A stretch of 62,256 bases of DNA, counting the filler, from Sphacelaria rigidula (taxonomy: Eukaryota): the NCBI GenBank assembly GCA_964200075.2. It is 10 parts of 10 records of this genome, joined end to end, with 100 filler letters (N's around TTAATTAATTAA, not from the genome) between each part and the next. Parts side by side here need not be neighbours in the genome. Positions count along the whole stretch, not along the records: positions 18,710 to 24,845 come from CAXNAA020022001.1; positions 24,946 to 31,081 come from CAXNAA020022002.1; positions 31,182 to 37,316 come from CAXNAA020022003.1; 7 more parts are not named here. One strand, given 5' to 3'. Under the pieces are notes generated by a model, which was not told where the DNA came from, ran no database searches, and was given only the letters and a program-made list of their open reading frames with translations. Shown piece by piece: positions 22,205-34,495 of the stretch. Numbering within the stretch: position 1 is the stretch's first letter; every line of letters begins with the position of its first letter. The translations under genes and the position numbers were made by a program.

Positions 22205-24845
22205 CTGCTCAGTGTTGGGCGAAAGCAGGCGCAGCTCGGCGGCACGTTGCAGTTCTTCCTTCACCCCGGCAGCAATCTTCTTGAAGTCTTCCACCGCGAT
22301 CCTGCACGATAATATGACAAGCCATGTCCAGCACAGATGACTTGTTCACGGTATATTCTCGACAATCCAAAACGTTCACAGACGCGGTGATCATTTTTTG
22401 TTTTGTGCCAACGAAGACTACACAAAAACGGACAAAACAAATGCAAGTACAAATAAATGTGCTCACAGCAGCCCCGGAGATGACGGCGAGCGGTCTAGTG
22501 TGCATGTACTGTTTTATTTGCGATCATGAACAAAATGCCAGGCAACTACCGAGGGACAGGCAAGCGTATTGATCCCTTCAGCCTGCCTACAGTTCGCTCT
22601 CGAGGAGGGGGGGTACGGGTTGAAACGATGATGAAACTATGAGGTCCATACTCTTCTATACGCCACTGGTACTACGTGCGATACACATGAGGACACGCTG
22701 TGTGCATGACGTTGGTTGTTTAAAGGCCGCGCAACGCTGATCCGGTCAGGTTTGAACTGAACCATGTGTGCTCACATTCGTTTCCATCGTGTGCCACATA
22801 TACGCCTACATGGGGTACCGTGACACAGCATACGCACCCAAACGTCTGTCACACGGGACAGTCATGAGTGACAGCCACCCGCCCTCCGTTGCCATAACGC
22901 CATTTCTGCTGTGGGGAACTACGGAAAGCAAAGCCTGGCGTGCACCATCACATTGCCGCAGCGGTACTTGATTTCCCATAACGACAGCAATGGGGAAGGC
23001 AGACAGAGATAAATGGGATAGATTGAGGAAAACGGGAACGTTCCCCAGAAACGCCATATTCCCCATAGCAGAAGCCTTGGTCTCAGTCGTCTTCCCGTGT
23101 CCGTCAAGGAGCAGATGTTCCGTCCACACCTTGCAATGCAGACAGCATGTAATCTACCATACATAGGCTGGAAATGTTGCAGCACTTACACCATATATCT
23201 ACGCCGGCAGCAGTAGTGTATGTAGTGCACACGGTGAGAAATGCCTTATTCGCAAACATGTAGCCGGTGCATGTGCGCTACTTTCTGTGCCTCACTGGCA
23301 GCGACACCGCAGCACGGACAAGTCCCTCACACATACAGCTGATGGACACGGGTCACTACTAACCTCAGGTGTTCGTTCTTCTGTTCGAGCTCGGGCTTGC
23401 GCTCCTCGACAGCGATGAGCGACTCCAAGCTCTTGTTGAACTGATTCCCCGTCAGGTCGGTTGGTATATACCGCGCAACACACAAATCACAAAACAAAAA
23501 ATGAGACATGAGGCCGACACCACACCGAACGTCAGGATGATGGGAAATACGTCAAGCTTCCACAAAAAACAGAGAGGGCCACACTCATTCCTTGCGAGTC
23601 GATGGACGTGCACTCCCGCCCATACACACATCGTGTGGGCTGTCTCATGACCTGTCAAGCACGTCAGTACACCACAAGGTTTGAACCACTGTACGAGCGT
23701 TTTCACCAATATTATATACAAGGCAGGTAACGCGGGATTCGACAAACTGCGGGTGTTTGTTTTTGAGGACGAGCCTTGGAAACCTCCGCAAGCATCGAAA
23801 TATTTTTTAAAGACATGCAAACGCACTCTCCGGCCGTGATGTGTGGCCTCGCTCATCCTCGAAACAAAACCCATCCGCAAAGTTGTGAAATCCCGCGTTC
23901 ATCCCGAGCAATTTCGACCTCCGTTCATTCCCGTACACAAAGATCGTTCCCAATTTCCCAGTGCCTCTGTCATTACGGGATTCAACAGATAGCCTGGATT
24001 CGAGTATGAACAAGGTCACACGTCACGGCCAGGGAATACGTGTTCACTTTTTTTAAAGCTATTTCGATGCTTGCGAAGATTCCCAGGGCTCATCCTCAGA
24101 AACAAACCCATCCGCAATCTGTGAAGGTTTGTGTCAAATGCGATATACTGTCATACCAAGCAAACCCTACACTTTCGAGGGTGAAGTGAGAATTTGATCC
24201 CGTCGATCTAGGGCTGCCCGAGCGGTGATGACTCCGACTGGTTTTCTTTCAAACACTGCACTAGTCTTTGCATTGTGAATGCTCACTTCTACCCTGCAAC
24301 AGCCTGCTGCCCAAACGCACAACAACAGTACGCACAAGCCGTTCAACACACCACAAACATCATCAACCCAGCGGTAGTCTTCCAAGGACCGTTATTCACG
24401 GGCTTTACTTTTCACCAATTTTGATCCATTTTATGATGGAGTATGGATTAAACATGGGTGAAAAATAAAGCCTGTTAATAAGAGCCTTATGTATCAAAAA
24501 GAGCTCCTGCAAGGCAGACTACTAGCCAAAACGGCGAAGAAAACATTACGTCTATGTCCCTGGAAGTCAAGCACGAGGATATCCTAGCTAATCTTCCGTG
24601 ACCACCCGCTACCCCCCACCGTCGGATACCTACTTCTGCAAGCATCAATAAAACGAAAGCTCGACTAGATCCAAATGTTCACCTGCACTACGGATTTGTC
24701 CACCTGTCCCGCAACCTTGCTCGTCATCTGACCCTGCTGCACCAGGGCCGATTGCAGGTCCTCCACCTGGTGACGGCTAGCCTCCATCTCTCTCTTGAAT
24801 GTCGCCACCATCTCAGCCGTTGCTACTTGATCCTGCTTCTGCGAC
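22205..24845 (-). CDS. Coiled-coil protein, three internal exons (partial)
   Basis: Exons 24845-24683, 23440-23364 and 22301-22205 have GT-AG introns and consistent phases (0, 2, 0). They read SQKQDQVATAEMVATFKREMEASRHQVEDLQSALVQQGQMTSKVAGQVDKSVVQ|FNKSLESLIAVEERKPELEQKNEHLR|IAVEDFKKIAAGVKEELQRAAELRLLSPNTEQ. Confidence 0.75.
23740..24125. repeat. Intronic foldback element with imperfect inverted arms of about 125 bp
   Basis: TTTTGAGGACGAGCCTTGGAAACCTCCGCAAGCATCGAAATA pairs with TATTTCGATGCTTGCGAAGATTCCCAGGGCTCATCCTCAGAAA, and the arms extend inward. Confidence 0.7.
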
Positions 24846-26032
24846 NNNNNNNNNNNNNNNNNNNNNNNNNNNNNNNNNNNNNNNNNNNNTTAATTAATTA
24901 ANNNNNNNNNNNNNNNNNNNNNNNNNNNNNNNNNNNNNNNNNNNNCGTGGAATGGCGCAAAAGTTGCGTGGGTACCCCTTGTACCAGCGATCAACTTTTT
25001 CCTCCCTCTTGGGCGATCAAGCCGAAGAAATCGTGAGTTTGGTGATTCTTAGTCGTGATGATTCGTCCTGACCGTGAAATAAATAACATGCAGTTGAGTC
25101 AGCTGGACCGGTTCAACCCTAATTGTCCAGGTTATGTATGATGTCAACAGTCCGTTCACGCCCTGTGCACGTCCAGCGTTTTAACCATCATGGTATCACA
25201 AGACAGCCACTAACGGCAAGTGCCGCCGCCTCTTGTGTTCCTCTCTTTGTTCCCCCATGACCGCGGGTACGTGACGAAAATCACTGGTTGGGTTCGATCA
25301 AAATCGCCAGGCTTCGTCGCTGTGGACAAGGCACGTTCCTCGCACATCGCAGACCGAAAGGGCGGCAGGGGAACTGCCGTCGTGAGGGAGGCGGAAACTG
25401 GACGAGGACGCGTGGCTGTTCTTCACCCATTTTCCCAAGAGTTTTAGCAGTGTACTTTATCGGCAGTGGCAGTGGCAGTGTACTTTATCCACACTTGAGG
25501 GAGAGAGTTTGCGTGCTCATGTGTTGAGTGAGAAAATAGAAACCATCAAAGCAACACGTGAAATATTCAAGGAAAAAGCTGGCGCACAGCTGCGCAAACG
25601 AGAAGGAAGGAGTCGGGGACGGCGGAAGGGAAGCTACGGGGTGGGGGGGGGAGGGTTGACTGAAGAAGACCGGTACGCCGTGCACGTCCCGTGGGCTAAC
25701 CTGTTGCCGTGTAAGTCCACAACATCAAAGCGGCAAGACCAAAACGAGGAGTGGCTGGTGTTTCGACATCGTCCTGTACCGCGGCTGATGGTACGAGCCT
25801 GAGATTAGTGGTGACGGTAGCGGCGGCCGTGACTGACAGTCAATGTATTGGCTCTGATTCTTGACGGACGGCCGTCAGTGAAGCAACGATTCCCCAGCTC
25901 CACGCGAGCGATTGGCTTGGTTGCCGTGTGAGTGGTGGAACCAGAGGACGCAACAAACCATTCTGTAACTTTGTATTCTCCACCTCCGACGGCGCTACGG
26001 TGGTGCCCCCCCTGCGCAGCAGCTCACACGGG

Positions 26033-26379
26033 ATGTTCAACTTTGGTCCAACGAATGAGCGGCAATATAGTGGCGGCGGCGGTCTGGCCGGCAGCCCCCC
26101 CCAAGGCACCGGCCAAGGTCCCGGGGACGGCGGCGGCGGGGGCCGGGGTATTCAAGTCCCCGGCAACGGTGCAAGGTTTTCGGCGGGTTCTGCCGCCGCT
26201 ATGGGCGGTAATGGTGCAATGCTGGGATTAGGGGGATATGTCGGCGGCGGCGGTACTGGTATCGGTGGTGCTGCGGGAGGTGGGGGAGCAACAGGAGACG
26301 ATGGACAGGCACCAGCAGCGATGGCTATGGATCTCCTTGGCCATTGGGGAGACCCAGCCGGGCAGCAGGTGCCAACGCA

Positions 26380-26410
<31 letters not shown>

Positions 26411-26830
26411 GCCCAGCTCCTGCAACGTTTGCAACGGCAAATGATGCAGCAGCAGCCACATGCCCAAAATCCCCAACAGGAACAGCAGCAGCAGCAGCAG
26501 CAGCAGCAGGTTTGTATCTTTGTTCATACTCTTATCTCTTGATCCCTATTTCGTCTCAATGTTATAACGATGGATTTATGCACGCACTGTGATGAATCAT
26601 TTGTCGCTCTGCATGAGTGTATAATCGAGTAGAAAGTAGGCATGACATCGTTTCCACTCATGGCCTTCGGGGATTTTCGCCTTATTGCGACACGATGATG
26701 CCCTTTTCATGTTGTCTCTCTCCCCTGTTGGCCTCTCTCTTGCTCGCTTCAACCTGCCGCCTGACCCTCTTCTCGACTTGCGCAACGTACCCCTTTAATG
26801 GCTCGTCAGCAGCAGCAGCAACCGCGCCAC

Positions 26831-26865
<35 letters not shown>

Positions 26866-28066
26866 ACTTCGAGGTGGCGCCTTTCCTCTCGCTTCATCTT
26901 CGGCGCCTGGTTCGGCTCACGCCGAAATCAATTTCATGCTGCCGGCACAAATGCGGGTGCAAATGGCGACCATGGGTCAGCTAGGCGGAGCGACAGACGG
27001 GGTCAGCGGCGCCATGAGGGGTTGTGTGGGAGGAGGATCAAACGGGAACTTCGCGGCCAGTGGTGTTGGTAGTATCAACGCGCCGGCTGCTGTTGCTGCT
27101 GCGGCTACCGCTGCTGCTGTAGGCGGTAATCTTCTTGACGGTGGCGGCACCGGCACCGGTGGGGCTCCCAACAACCTGAATGGGAGCGTGCAGCAGCGGC
27201 AACAACAGTTGCTGCAGCAACACTTCCATCAGCAGCAGCAACAACAACAACAACAAATGTTGATGGAGACAAGGCTAACGGGAAACAAAAGGAGCCCGCA
27301 GCAGCAGCAGCAGCAACTAAACTCCGCGGCAGCGGAGGTGGCGCCCGGAGGACTGCAGGCCTCGTCGACCTCCTCTGCCGTTTCCAGCAAAGCCCCCGGC
27401 TCAGCGGTGGATCCGGCGCTTTTATTTCGAGGAAGAGGCATGGGCCAGCTACCGGCCTCGATGCCTGCGGGCATCCTCAATCTACACACCAAGCCCGTCG
27501 GCGTCGTCAGCGATACAAACGCAGCGAAGCGAAGCAGACGCGGCGAGGTCGGCCTTGATGCCAGTGGCGGGACAGACCGCAGCGGCAGCGGCGGCAGTGG
27601 TGGTGGCTCGAACCCCGCTTCAGACGGAGGGCCCGCCGGGGGTGTCGGTGGAGGCGTCGGCGGTGGCGGCGGGGCAGGAGAATTCAGGGGGTCAGCCGGA
27701 ATGGGAGCGATGAATGTGTTTTCTGGCTCCGGCGTGAGTGGTACTGGTGAGCGTCAGGATCTCCTCGCGCGACAGCAACAGCAGCAACAGCCACAGCCAC
27801 AGCCACAGCAACAACACGCGTCAGCGCCGTTACCGGCGGACATGGGTTTGAGCATGGCGGCGGCCGTGGCGAGCTTTTACAACGAGATGCCCGGGAGGGC
27901 AGGCGCGCGGCATCTACGCCTTGGAGGGGTTCCGGCTGGATCGGCGACCGTGGCAGCTTTAGGAGGAGCTGGAGGCAACGGAGGAGGAAGAAGTGTCGGC
28001 GCGGCGGGCGCTGGAGCTTTGTCGTCCCCGGGACTTGGTGGTTTGGACTGGCAACAGTCGTTGCAG
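26033..28066 (+). CDS. PolyQ/Gly/Ala-rich low-complexity protein, first two coding exons (likely regulatory protein N-terminus)
   Basis: Exon 26033-26509 runs ATG...CAG|GTTTGT (159 codons). Exon 26810-28066 runs ctcgtcag|CAG...TTGCAG|GTGCGC (419 codons). Both are phase 0. It has several polyQ tracts and a basic patch AKRSRR. Confidence 0.8.
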
Positions 28067-28286
28067 GTGCGCTATTGGGAAGTGGGAAGGATTAGTGTCA
28101 TGTGCTTTATTAGGTTATAGGCTGACTGCGCCGGGGGTGCGCCCGACGTGCTTTTATTTCGTACGAGTACGACTCTAGTCGGTGTGTAGAGCGATAGAGG
28201 TGCATGCCTACTTTATTCGGGAGACAGGTGACAGATCGGTCTCACAGGAGTAATCGCTCGTGGAACCCACCGCCTCTCTGATGCTC

Positions 28287-28358
28287 TGTCTCGAAAGGGA
28301 TGCGTGGTCAATGGTCAAACGACTGAGGCAAGCAACACGTGAGTACGCCCCCCCCCTT
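28287..28358 (+). mobile_element. LINE 3' tail
   Basis: TCTCGAAAGGGATGCGTGGTCAATGGTCAAACGACTGAGGCAAGCAACACGTGAGTACGCCCCCCCCC, the same family as 1-165. Confidence 0.8.
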
Positions 28359-28795
28359 ATTGCTGGTTGGAGGTGTCTATTAGGAGTAGGAACGGAGCTG
28401 GGGATTAGACACTTATTCGCAACTATCCCCGTGTGCATCAATCGGTCGCGAAGGAGGGGTAGTGGTGGGATGGTTGAAAAAAGTCGCCTTCACTCTGAGC
28501 AATTTCCATATTCCCACAAGTCGAACGCAGAGGTCCAAGACTCCGTAAAGTCGACACCGGGGATAAACTAGGTACCCACTCCGATTTCTAAACCCTCGCC
28601 TTGCCTTTTTTTTAGGGGATCGTGTTGAAGTTTCCATCACAAGCTGGGGTGCCTCGTCTGTGTGGCGCGCCACTTGTTGTACTGTCCTACGAAGAGTATG
28701 GAAACATCTCAGACCCGTATTCGACGTTTTTTGTTTCTCCTTGAAGGTCATGAGAGATTTGATTGATATTTGATCGGTTGTCGACCATTAACCGA

Positions 28796-29403
28796 CACGG
28801 TTCGGACAAATCATTGCCGGTTCGAATCACCAAATCCACGATTTCTTGGGCCTGATTGATCGAAAGAGAGAAAAAGGTCGACCGCTGGTCAAACAGGTCT
28901 GCACGCAACTTCTGCGGCATTCCACGTGTCTGGGCTGCACGTACCTAGTTTTCAACGCTGAAAACGAAGCGTGAGGAGGAACCGATCGCCCCGGTGGCTC
29001 AGTTGGTAACCTCGTAACCTTCTGACGGCTGAGTGATGGGGCTCGATTCCCGGAGCGATCTGGGATCGTTTTTCACACCATGCCCAACAGTGGAAAACGA
29101 CTATGTCGTGGGTACAAAATTCGACCTAACAGTCGACGAGGGAAAGGGACTGCTGAACCCCTCTCGCGATAAAAAATATAAGGCAAGCACCACAGAAGGA
29201 AGGTGGGGGTACTAAAAACAAAAAAACAAAAAATGTCCTGTGTCGACATTCCTCCTGTGTCACCCCGGCTGATGCGCCCACATATACCGAAAGGTGTAGA
29301 CCGGCGTCCAAGAACAAATGGGACAATACACAAAACAAGGATTGATTCGTAAACACTAAAATCAAGTAATTTGCGGACGAATAATTAATTCGTCCGACCC
29401 TTG
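28796..29403 (+). mobile_element. CACGG-ended TIR element (family of 34237-34495) carrying a nested SINE
   Basis: CACGGTTCGGACAAAT...ATTCGTCCGACCCTTG is collinear with 34237-34495 except for an insertion at about 28970-29335. Confidence 0.7.
28984..29233 (+). mobile_element. tRNA-derived SINE-like element
   Basis: A-box TGGCTCAGTTGG (28995-29006), B-box-like GGCTCGATTCC (29040-29050) and closing stem GATCGC/GCGATC, followed by a body of about 150 nt and an A-rich tail at 29214-29233. Confidence 0.65.
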
Positions 29404-31252
29404 AGCTGATCCCACAGAGTGTCATCGGTGGTCACAGGATAGGCGTACCCGATATGAAAACAAGCGGAAACACTCGCCGAATGAAAAGTGAAGAAGACAG
29501 GAAGGTAAAACGGATAAATACAGAACATAGTAAGTCAAGGTAAGCATAAAGCATTTTTTAGCTGAGAATTATTTTTTCGGGTTTTTCCGTTACCACGACT
29601 CATCACGTCTTTTATTTTGATCGCAAAATTTGCGAATCGAGAGACACAAGAGTACCCGGCACGGATATTTCCGACGGAAGAAATATTATCTGAGATAAAT
29701 TGTGAACGAGATACAGACTCACCGGTCGTTGAGGGTCCTACGAGTGTACAGCCTACCGTTCTCGCTCTTCGATATTGTCGCTTGATCGAACCCATCCGGA
29801 TCGCTACCGCCACAAACAATTTTCTGCTTTCATTTTTTTTCTCTTTTTTTTCGATAGGAATCGCGCTACATCCGGAAAACCGTGTTCCGGGATTTTACTC
29901 CGTGTCGTTGCGACAGCACGAGGTCGCGGAAGGTGATCTCAAAACGATCTATTTCCTTCTTCAGCGCTCATCGACTCTAAAATTCTCGATTGGACAGGAA
30001 ACGTCTTCCGCTGCAAAATCCCCATGGAGTGACGACCATAATCAAAGTTTCACTACTGTAGACTGAAGAAAAGGGGAGAGGAAAAAAACCCACTCCGTGG
30101 AACAAAATCAGCCTTAATTTTGAACAAACATGACTCAATTTCAGGCGTGTCCTCCCCAATTTTGACCGGGCATTCAATATAGGGTGCCGATTATAGGCTT
30201 GTCCAAGGTGAACGACCGGAATTTACTCCCGAGCGAAAGCTCGCGCCGTTTTTTCGAGTTGGACTCTGAGATCTTGCACACGGGTGCTCTGACATAGCTG
30301 TATGAATTAGGTAGTTATTTTGTTTTTTGGTTACGCCAGATATCCGGGGTCCTATGAGGCGGTGCCAGACACCGCAGATTCACACAGCCTCTCGAACTGT
30401 CTCAGAGCAACCGTGTGTAAAATTTCAGGGTCTAACTCGAGGAAACGACGTTAACTTTCGCCCCCGTATGTGCGTTGAAGTTTACACACGTACGCTGAAT
30501 CCCCCAAATTACATGATTCTTGTATGCTACCGACGTTTTACTTGTGCTCTTGAAGTTGAATCAATCGTTTGGGATGAGCGTTTCGAGTTTTATCAACGAA
30601 ACGTTGTACAGACGTTCCTTGGACTACCTCGTCACGAGCCAAATTTGAACTTTTCACCTTGAAGCAATCTGTACCGGCTTTTGATGGTCTTCACGCTGGG
30701 ACCCCCGGAAGCCGGTCGATCAAGAATTGAAATATTGCTCAGTCATCATTATTTTTTTTCATCCGCAGCAACCGTGAATACCAACCTGCGATCGTCGAGA
30801 ATGATCAGAGCTTTTTTACGAAAGTTTTTTTGTTTTTGTTTTTGAGCTGAACCCCTAACATGGTGGCCATACTACTCTCCTTGTGTCACCTGTCTTTTCC
30901 TGTTTTTGTCCTTTATTATCTTCTCTCTTCCTTTCTTTCGGTGTACACTTTTGACAGATCTGGCGTTTGTTGTTTGTTTGTTTTTTCTTTCTTTCTTTTC
31001 TCTCCCCGTTGAACTTGGGGGAACTACTTCTCACCGGTTTTCGTGGCGTCGCTCTTCTTATTTTTTCTTTATTTTGGTAATNNNNNNNNNNNNNNNNNNN
31101 NNNNNNNNNNNNNNNNNNNNNNNNNTTAATTAATTAANNNNNNNNNNNNNNNNNNNNNNNNNNNNNNNNNNNNNNNNNNNNCGAAGCGTACTGATTATCT
31201 TGCATTTGGATGACAGCCTTCGATGAGTTACTTTATTCTACGGTATCGCCAC

Positions 31253-31516
31253 TCCCAGAGAGTGATGCTACGGTAGGGTTGCACTTTTTGAGCGAACATG
31301 TTTGTCGGGGTGTTACACGGATCATTTCGAGAATCGGCATCATTTTCACTTGAAAAAGAATGAAAATGATGCCGATTCACAAAAAGGCCCCTGTGCGCAT
31401 CTCCATGTCATGTCCCCGGAGATTTGGGTAGCACAGTAAGCCCCACATAATTGGGTTCCTACGAAAACGAGACCCAGGAACAAAAAGTGTAACCCCTATC
31501 GTAGCATTGCTCCAGA
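31253..31516. mobile_element. TIR element family; further copies at about 34730-35017 and about 46900-47125
   Basis: ATGCTACGGTAGGGTTGCACTTTTT pairs with AAAAAGTGTAACCCCTATCGTAGCAT. The internal sequence is shared with 34740-35010. Confidence 0.6.
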
Positions 31517-31729
31517 GACAGCCCCCATTTGAACACCACGTAGTATGATCATCCCCTTTGCGGGGAATTGAGGTTTTTGCACCCCGCACAACACGATGTA
31601 CCTCGACCACCATGGTTACCGCAAGAAGAATGCAACCGAAAAACTCCCAGTAACTTCGTTGCCTAGCTTACGCAGTGAGTGGCGTGATGTACAGCGTCGT
31701 CGCTAACCGACGCGAACCCCATGGGGTGG

Positions 31730-32880
31730 GGGGGAAGGGGGGGCGTACTCGTTTGTTGCTCTCTTAATTGTTTCAACCATTGACCACGCATCCCTTTCGA
31801 CATGGAGCACCGTTCCTACTCCTATTAGAGACACCACTGACATTTACGTGCCCATTACGTTTCTTCCATACATTACACAAAAACCGCTTACATATCTTAT
31901 CCCCGTCCTGTTTCGCCGTCTCTGGCCACCATCTATCTCCTAGTATAACCATCATTTTCTAGCTACTGTGTCATGCATCAAACAATTTCATGCCACCTTC
32001 GTTTATGTCCCGCACTTCCCCTCTAACCTGCCGTTCCTCCTTGTTCAGTTCACATTCTGCTACTACATGACTTCTGCTCTCTATTGCTTTGCCATGGAGG
32101 CAGTTGTGTGCATCTACTTCCTCTTCCACACGACTACTGGTCAATCTCTTTCTTCTTTCTTGCAGCTCCAGGTCCCTCACCCGAAATTGCAGTTTCACAT
32201 TTTCCGCCACGTCCATTGGGCCGTGCAGATATGTTTTCATCCCTATCCCCTCTCTCAACTACCTGTATATCTTCCGGTGCTCCTCTTCTACTCTGCATCT
32301 GAGCGCTCCTTTTCCCCTTATATCCATCATATCTCTTACTTTTGCTTTGTACCCCGCGCCCTCATCTATGGACCGTATTTCGTCTTGGTTTTCTCTCATC
32401 TCTTTCCATACTTTCTCGACTTCTCTATTCCACTTTATTCCAGCCTGCCCTTTCGTAATTTTCTTCCATACAGTCTCCTCAACAATAGCTGGCAATCTCC
32501 TTCTCTGCATGTTCTTCAAGCTATATTGCCATCGCAATTCCCACACGTCTCTGTTTCAGATGAGTACATTCCCAACTCTGCTCTCAAAACTTGATTACTT
32601 ATCGTTTTCGAGCACCCAAGCATTTTCTTAGCTGCTGACATCTGTACTGTTTCCAACTTCTTCACCAACTTCACGTTCCCCTCCCATACTTCTCCTGCAT
32701 ACTCCAGCTTTGGTGCAGTCACGGTCATCAGAGTACATATCATAATTCCTAATGTCCAGGTGCGAGTCTCTGAGGATCACGTCCATCCTGCCTATCTGTG
32801 CCTAATCCTTTTCTAGTACTATATTAATGTGTGCACCCCATGAACAGCTTTTTGAGATCTCGACGCCAAGGTAGGTATAG
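31730..32880 (-). mobile_element. 5'-truncated, decayed LINE (end of RT plus C-terminal Zn-knuckle region)
   Basis: YTYLGVEI (RT YKYLG-type motif, about 32880-32855), PKLEYAGEVW...LETVQMSAAKKMLG, LRAELG, CLHGKAIESRSHVVAEC, ILGDRWWPETAKQ..., ending in the conserved 3' tail. Several stops and frameshifts. Confidence 0.85.
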
Positions 32881-33167
32881 TGGTTTACGATGGGTACTGT
32901 ATTCCATGCCCTTTGCTCAAGACACTGCTTGCGAGCAGTGCAGTCAGTACAGACTGTACTGTACACGAGTGATCGTGTACCGTTCCACTAATTTCACCGT
33001 CTTTTTTCGATCGAAAGCTTGCAGATTCGCTTGGACCCAACTCGAAAAAAAACGCGATTTTCGCTCAAATCTATTCCACCGCCCCATTTTTTCGATCAAA
33101 GTTAAAGTGCTGAGACACGCCCTGAAACGCTTCTCCTCACCGCTGGATGACAGATTTGAAACCGGCG

Positions 33168-33417
33168 TAGAGGGTAAGGCAGGTACCCGGTACCAGTATT
33201 TGGGACATCTCATACTCTACCGATACCGACCAAATAGGGTATTTTTGAATGTCATCCTTACGATACCTACGATAACACGGTATTTCGAGATTTCAATACC
33301 TACCGTACCCGCTCAATTAGGCATTTTCGAAACTCGTATCCACGATACCCACGCATACCACGGTATGGGATACCCCGGTAAATACCGGGGGTACGCTCGG
33401 TACGGTACTTCACCTAC
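33168..33417. repeat. TACCG/GTACC-rich element, possibly an hAT-type MITE
   Basis: Starts TAGAGGGTAAGGCAGGTACC and ends GGTACGGTACTTCACCTA. Dense (A)TACCG motifs in both orientations. Confidence 0.4.
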
Positions 33418-33742
33418 GGTTCCTGTGTACCTTCCGCACATTCCGTCAAGTTCACCGTTCTCTACATCTTTACTCTGATCCCAGCTTCCCCCAACGTTTT
33501 CCATGGCCCATTTCTCCATAATGTGTGAGAGGCCTTCCGTCTCTCTAGAAAAACAGCTCGTTGTCAGCCCGTCATCTTTTACTACCTTGAATAATCTTCA
33601 CCTAACGTGTACACGTGGTCTACTCAACTACAGCTCGGTGTAAAACCTGCTCCCCCCCCCCGCTGGCTTGACTGTGCGGTCTGTGCCGTGGAGACGTGTG
33701 TGTGTCTCGCCTGCCCATCCTGGCGAGGTTGGTTCTGAACAC

Positions 33743-34182
33743 AACACGGATCTTACAAATTGGGGATGGATCATTTTTTGGGGATGAGAAACCCGGAGAA
33801 GTAAAATTTTCGTATCTACACCAAATCTTCGAAATATGATTCCATTTTTTCACCTCCTGATTGCTGTTGACAACTGTCACACGCTATACGAATTTGGTTT
33901 TCGATCATCGCAATGTTGGGGTTCTAGGTGAAAAAACAATTTCGGGGCATTCCGAGTGTCCGAACGGACGCCAAAAAGGTTCCGAGTTTTTTGTACTTAG
34001 GACCCCAACATTGCAATGATCGAAATCCAAATTCGCATGGCGTGTAGCAGCTGTCAATAGCTATCGAGAGGTGAAGAAATAGAACCATAGTTCGAAGATT
34101 TGGTGTGGATACGAAGATTTTAATTCTCCGGGTTTCTCATCCCCAAGAAAAGATCCATCCCCAATTTGTAAGATCTCGTGTT
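33743..34182. mobile_element. 440-bp foldback MITE
   Basis: AACACGGATCTTACAAATTGGGGATGGATC pairs with GATCCATCCCCAATTTGTAAGATCTCGTGTT. Arms are about 200 bp. A second copy lies at 51613-52024. Confidence 0.85.
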
Positions 34183-34236
34183 ACACGCTATATATTCGCC
34201 CCACCTCATGCTGAGTATATATATATATATATATAT

Positions 34237-34495
34237 CACGGTTCGGACGAATAATCGCCGTTTCGAATCACCAAATCCACGATTTTTTCAGGCCTGATTG
34301 CTCGAAAGAGAGGAAAAAGTCCACCGATGGTCGAAAAGGTTCCCACACAACTTTTGCGCCATTCCGCGTGCCTGGACTGCGCGTACCTGGGTTGCAACGC
34401 TGAAAACAATGCCGAAGGATTGATTCGTGCGGTACGAATCAATCAGACTAAAATCAAGTAATTTGCAGACGAATCATTGATTTGTCCGACCCGTG
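34237..34495 (+). mobile_element. 259-bp CACGG-ended TIR element inserted in a (TA)n microsatellite
   Basis: TIRs CACGGTTCGGACGAAT and ATTTGTCCGACCCGTG, with (TA)n on both sides (34216-34236, 34496-34512). Partial copies lie at the starts of the contigs beginning 24946, 43652 and 49887. Confidence 0.8.

Noticed and set aside
23040..23129. Candidate extra exon in the coiled-coil gene
   Set aside because: The phase-compatible reading is not protein-like. Exon 22301-22205 continues the frame directly.
31968..32631. Long plus-strand ORFs (208 and 180 aa)
   Set aside because: Antisense to the decayed LINE ORF2.
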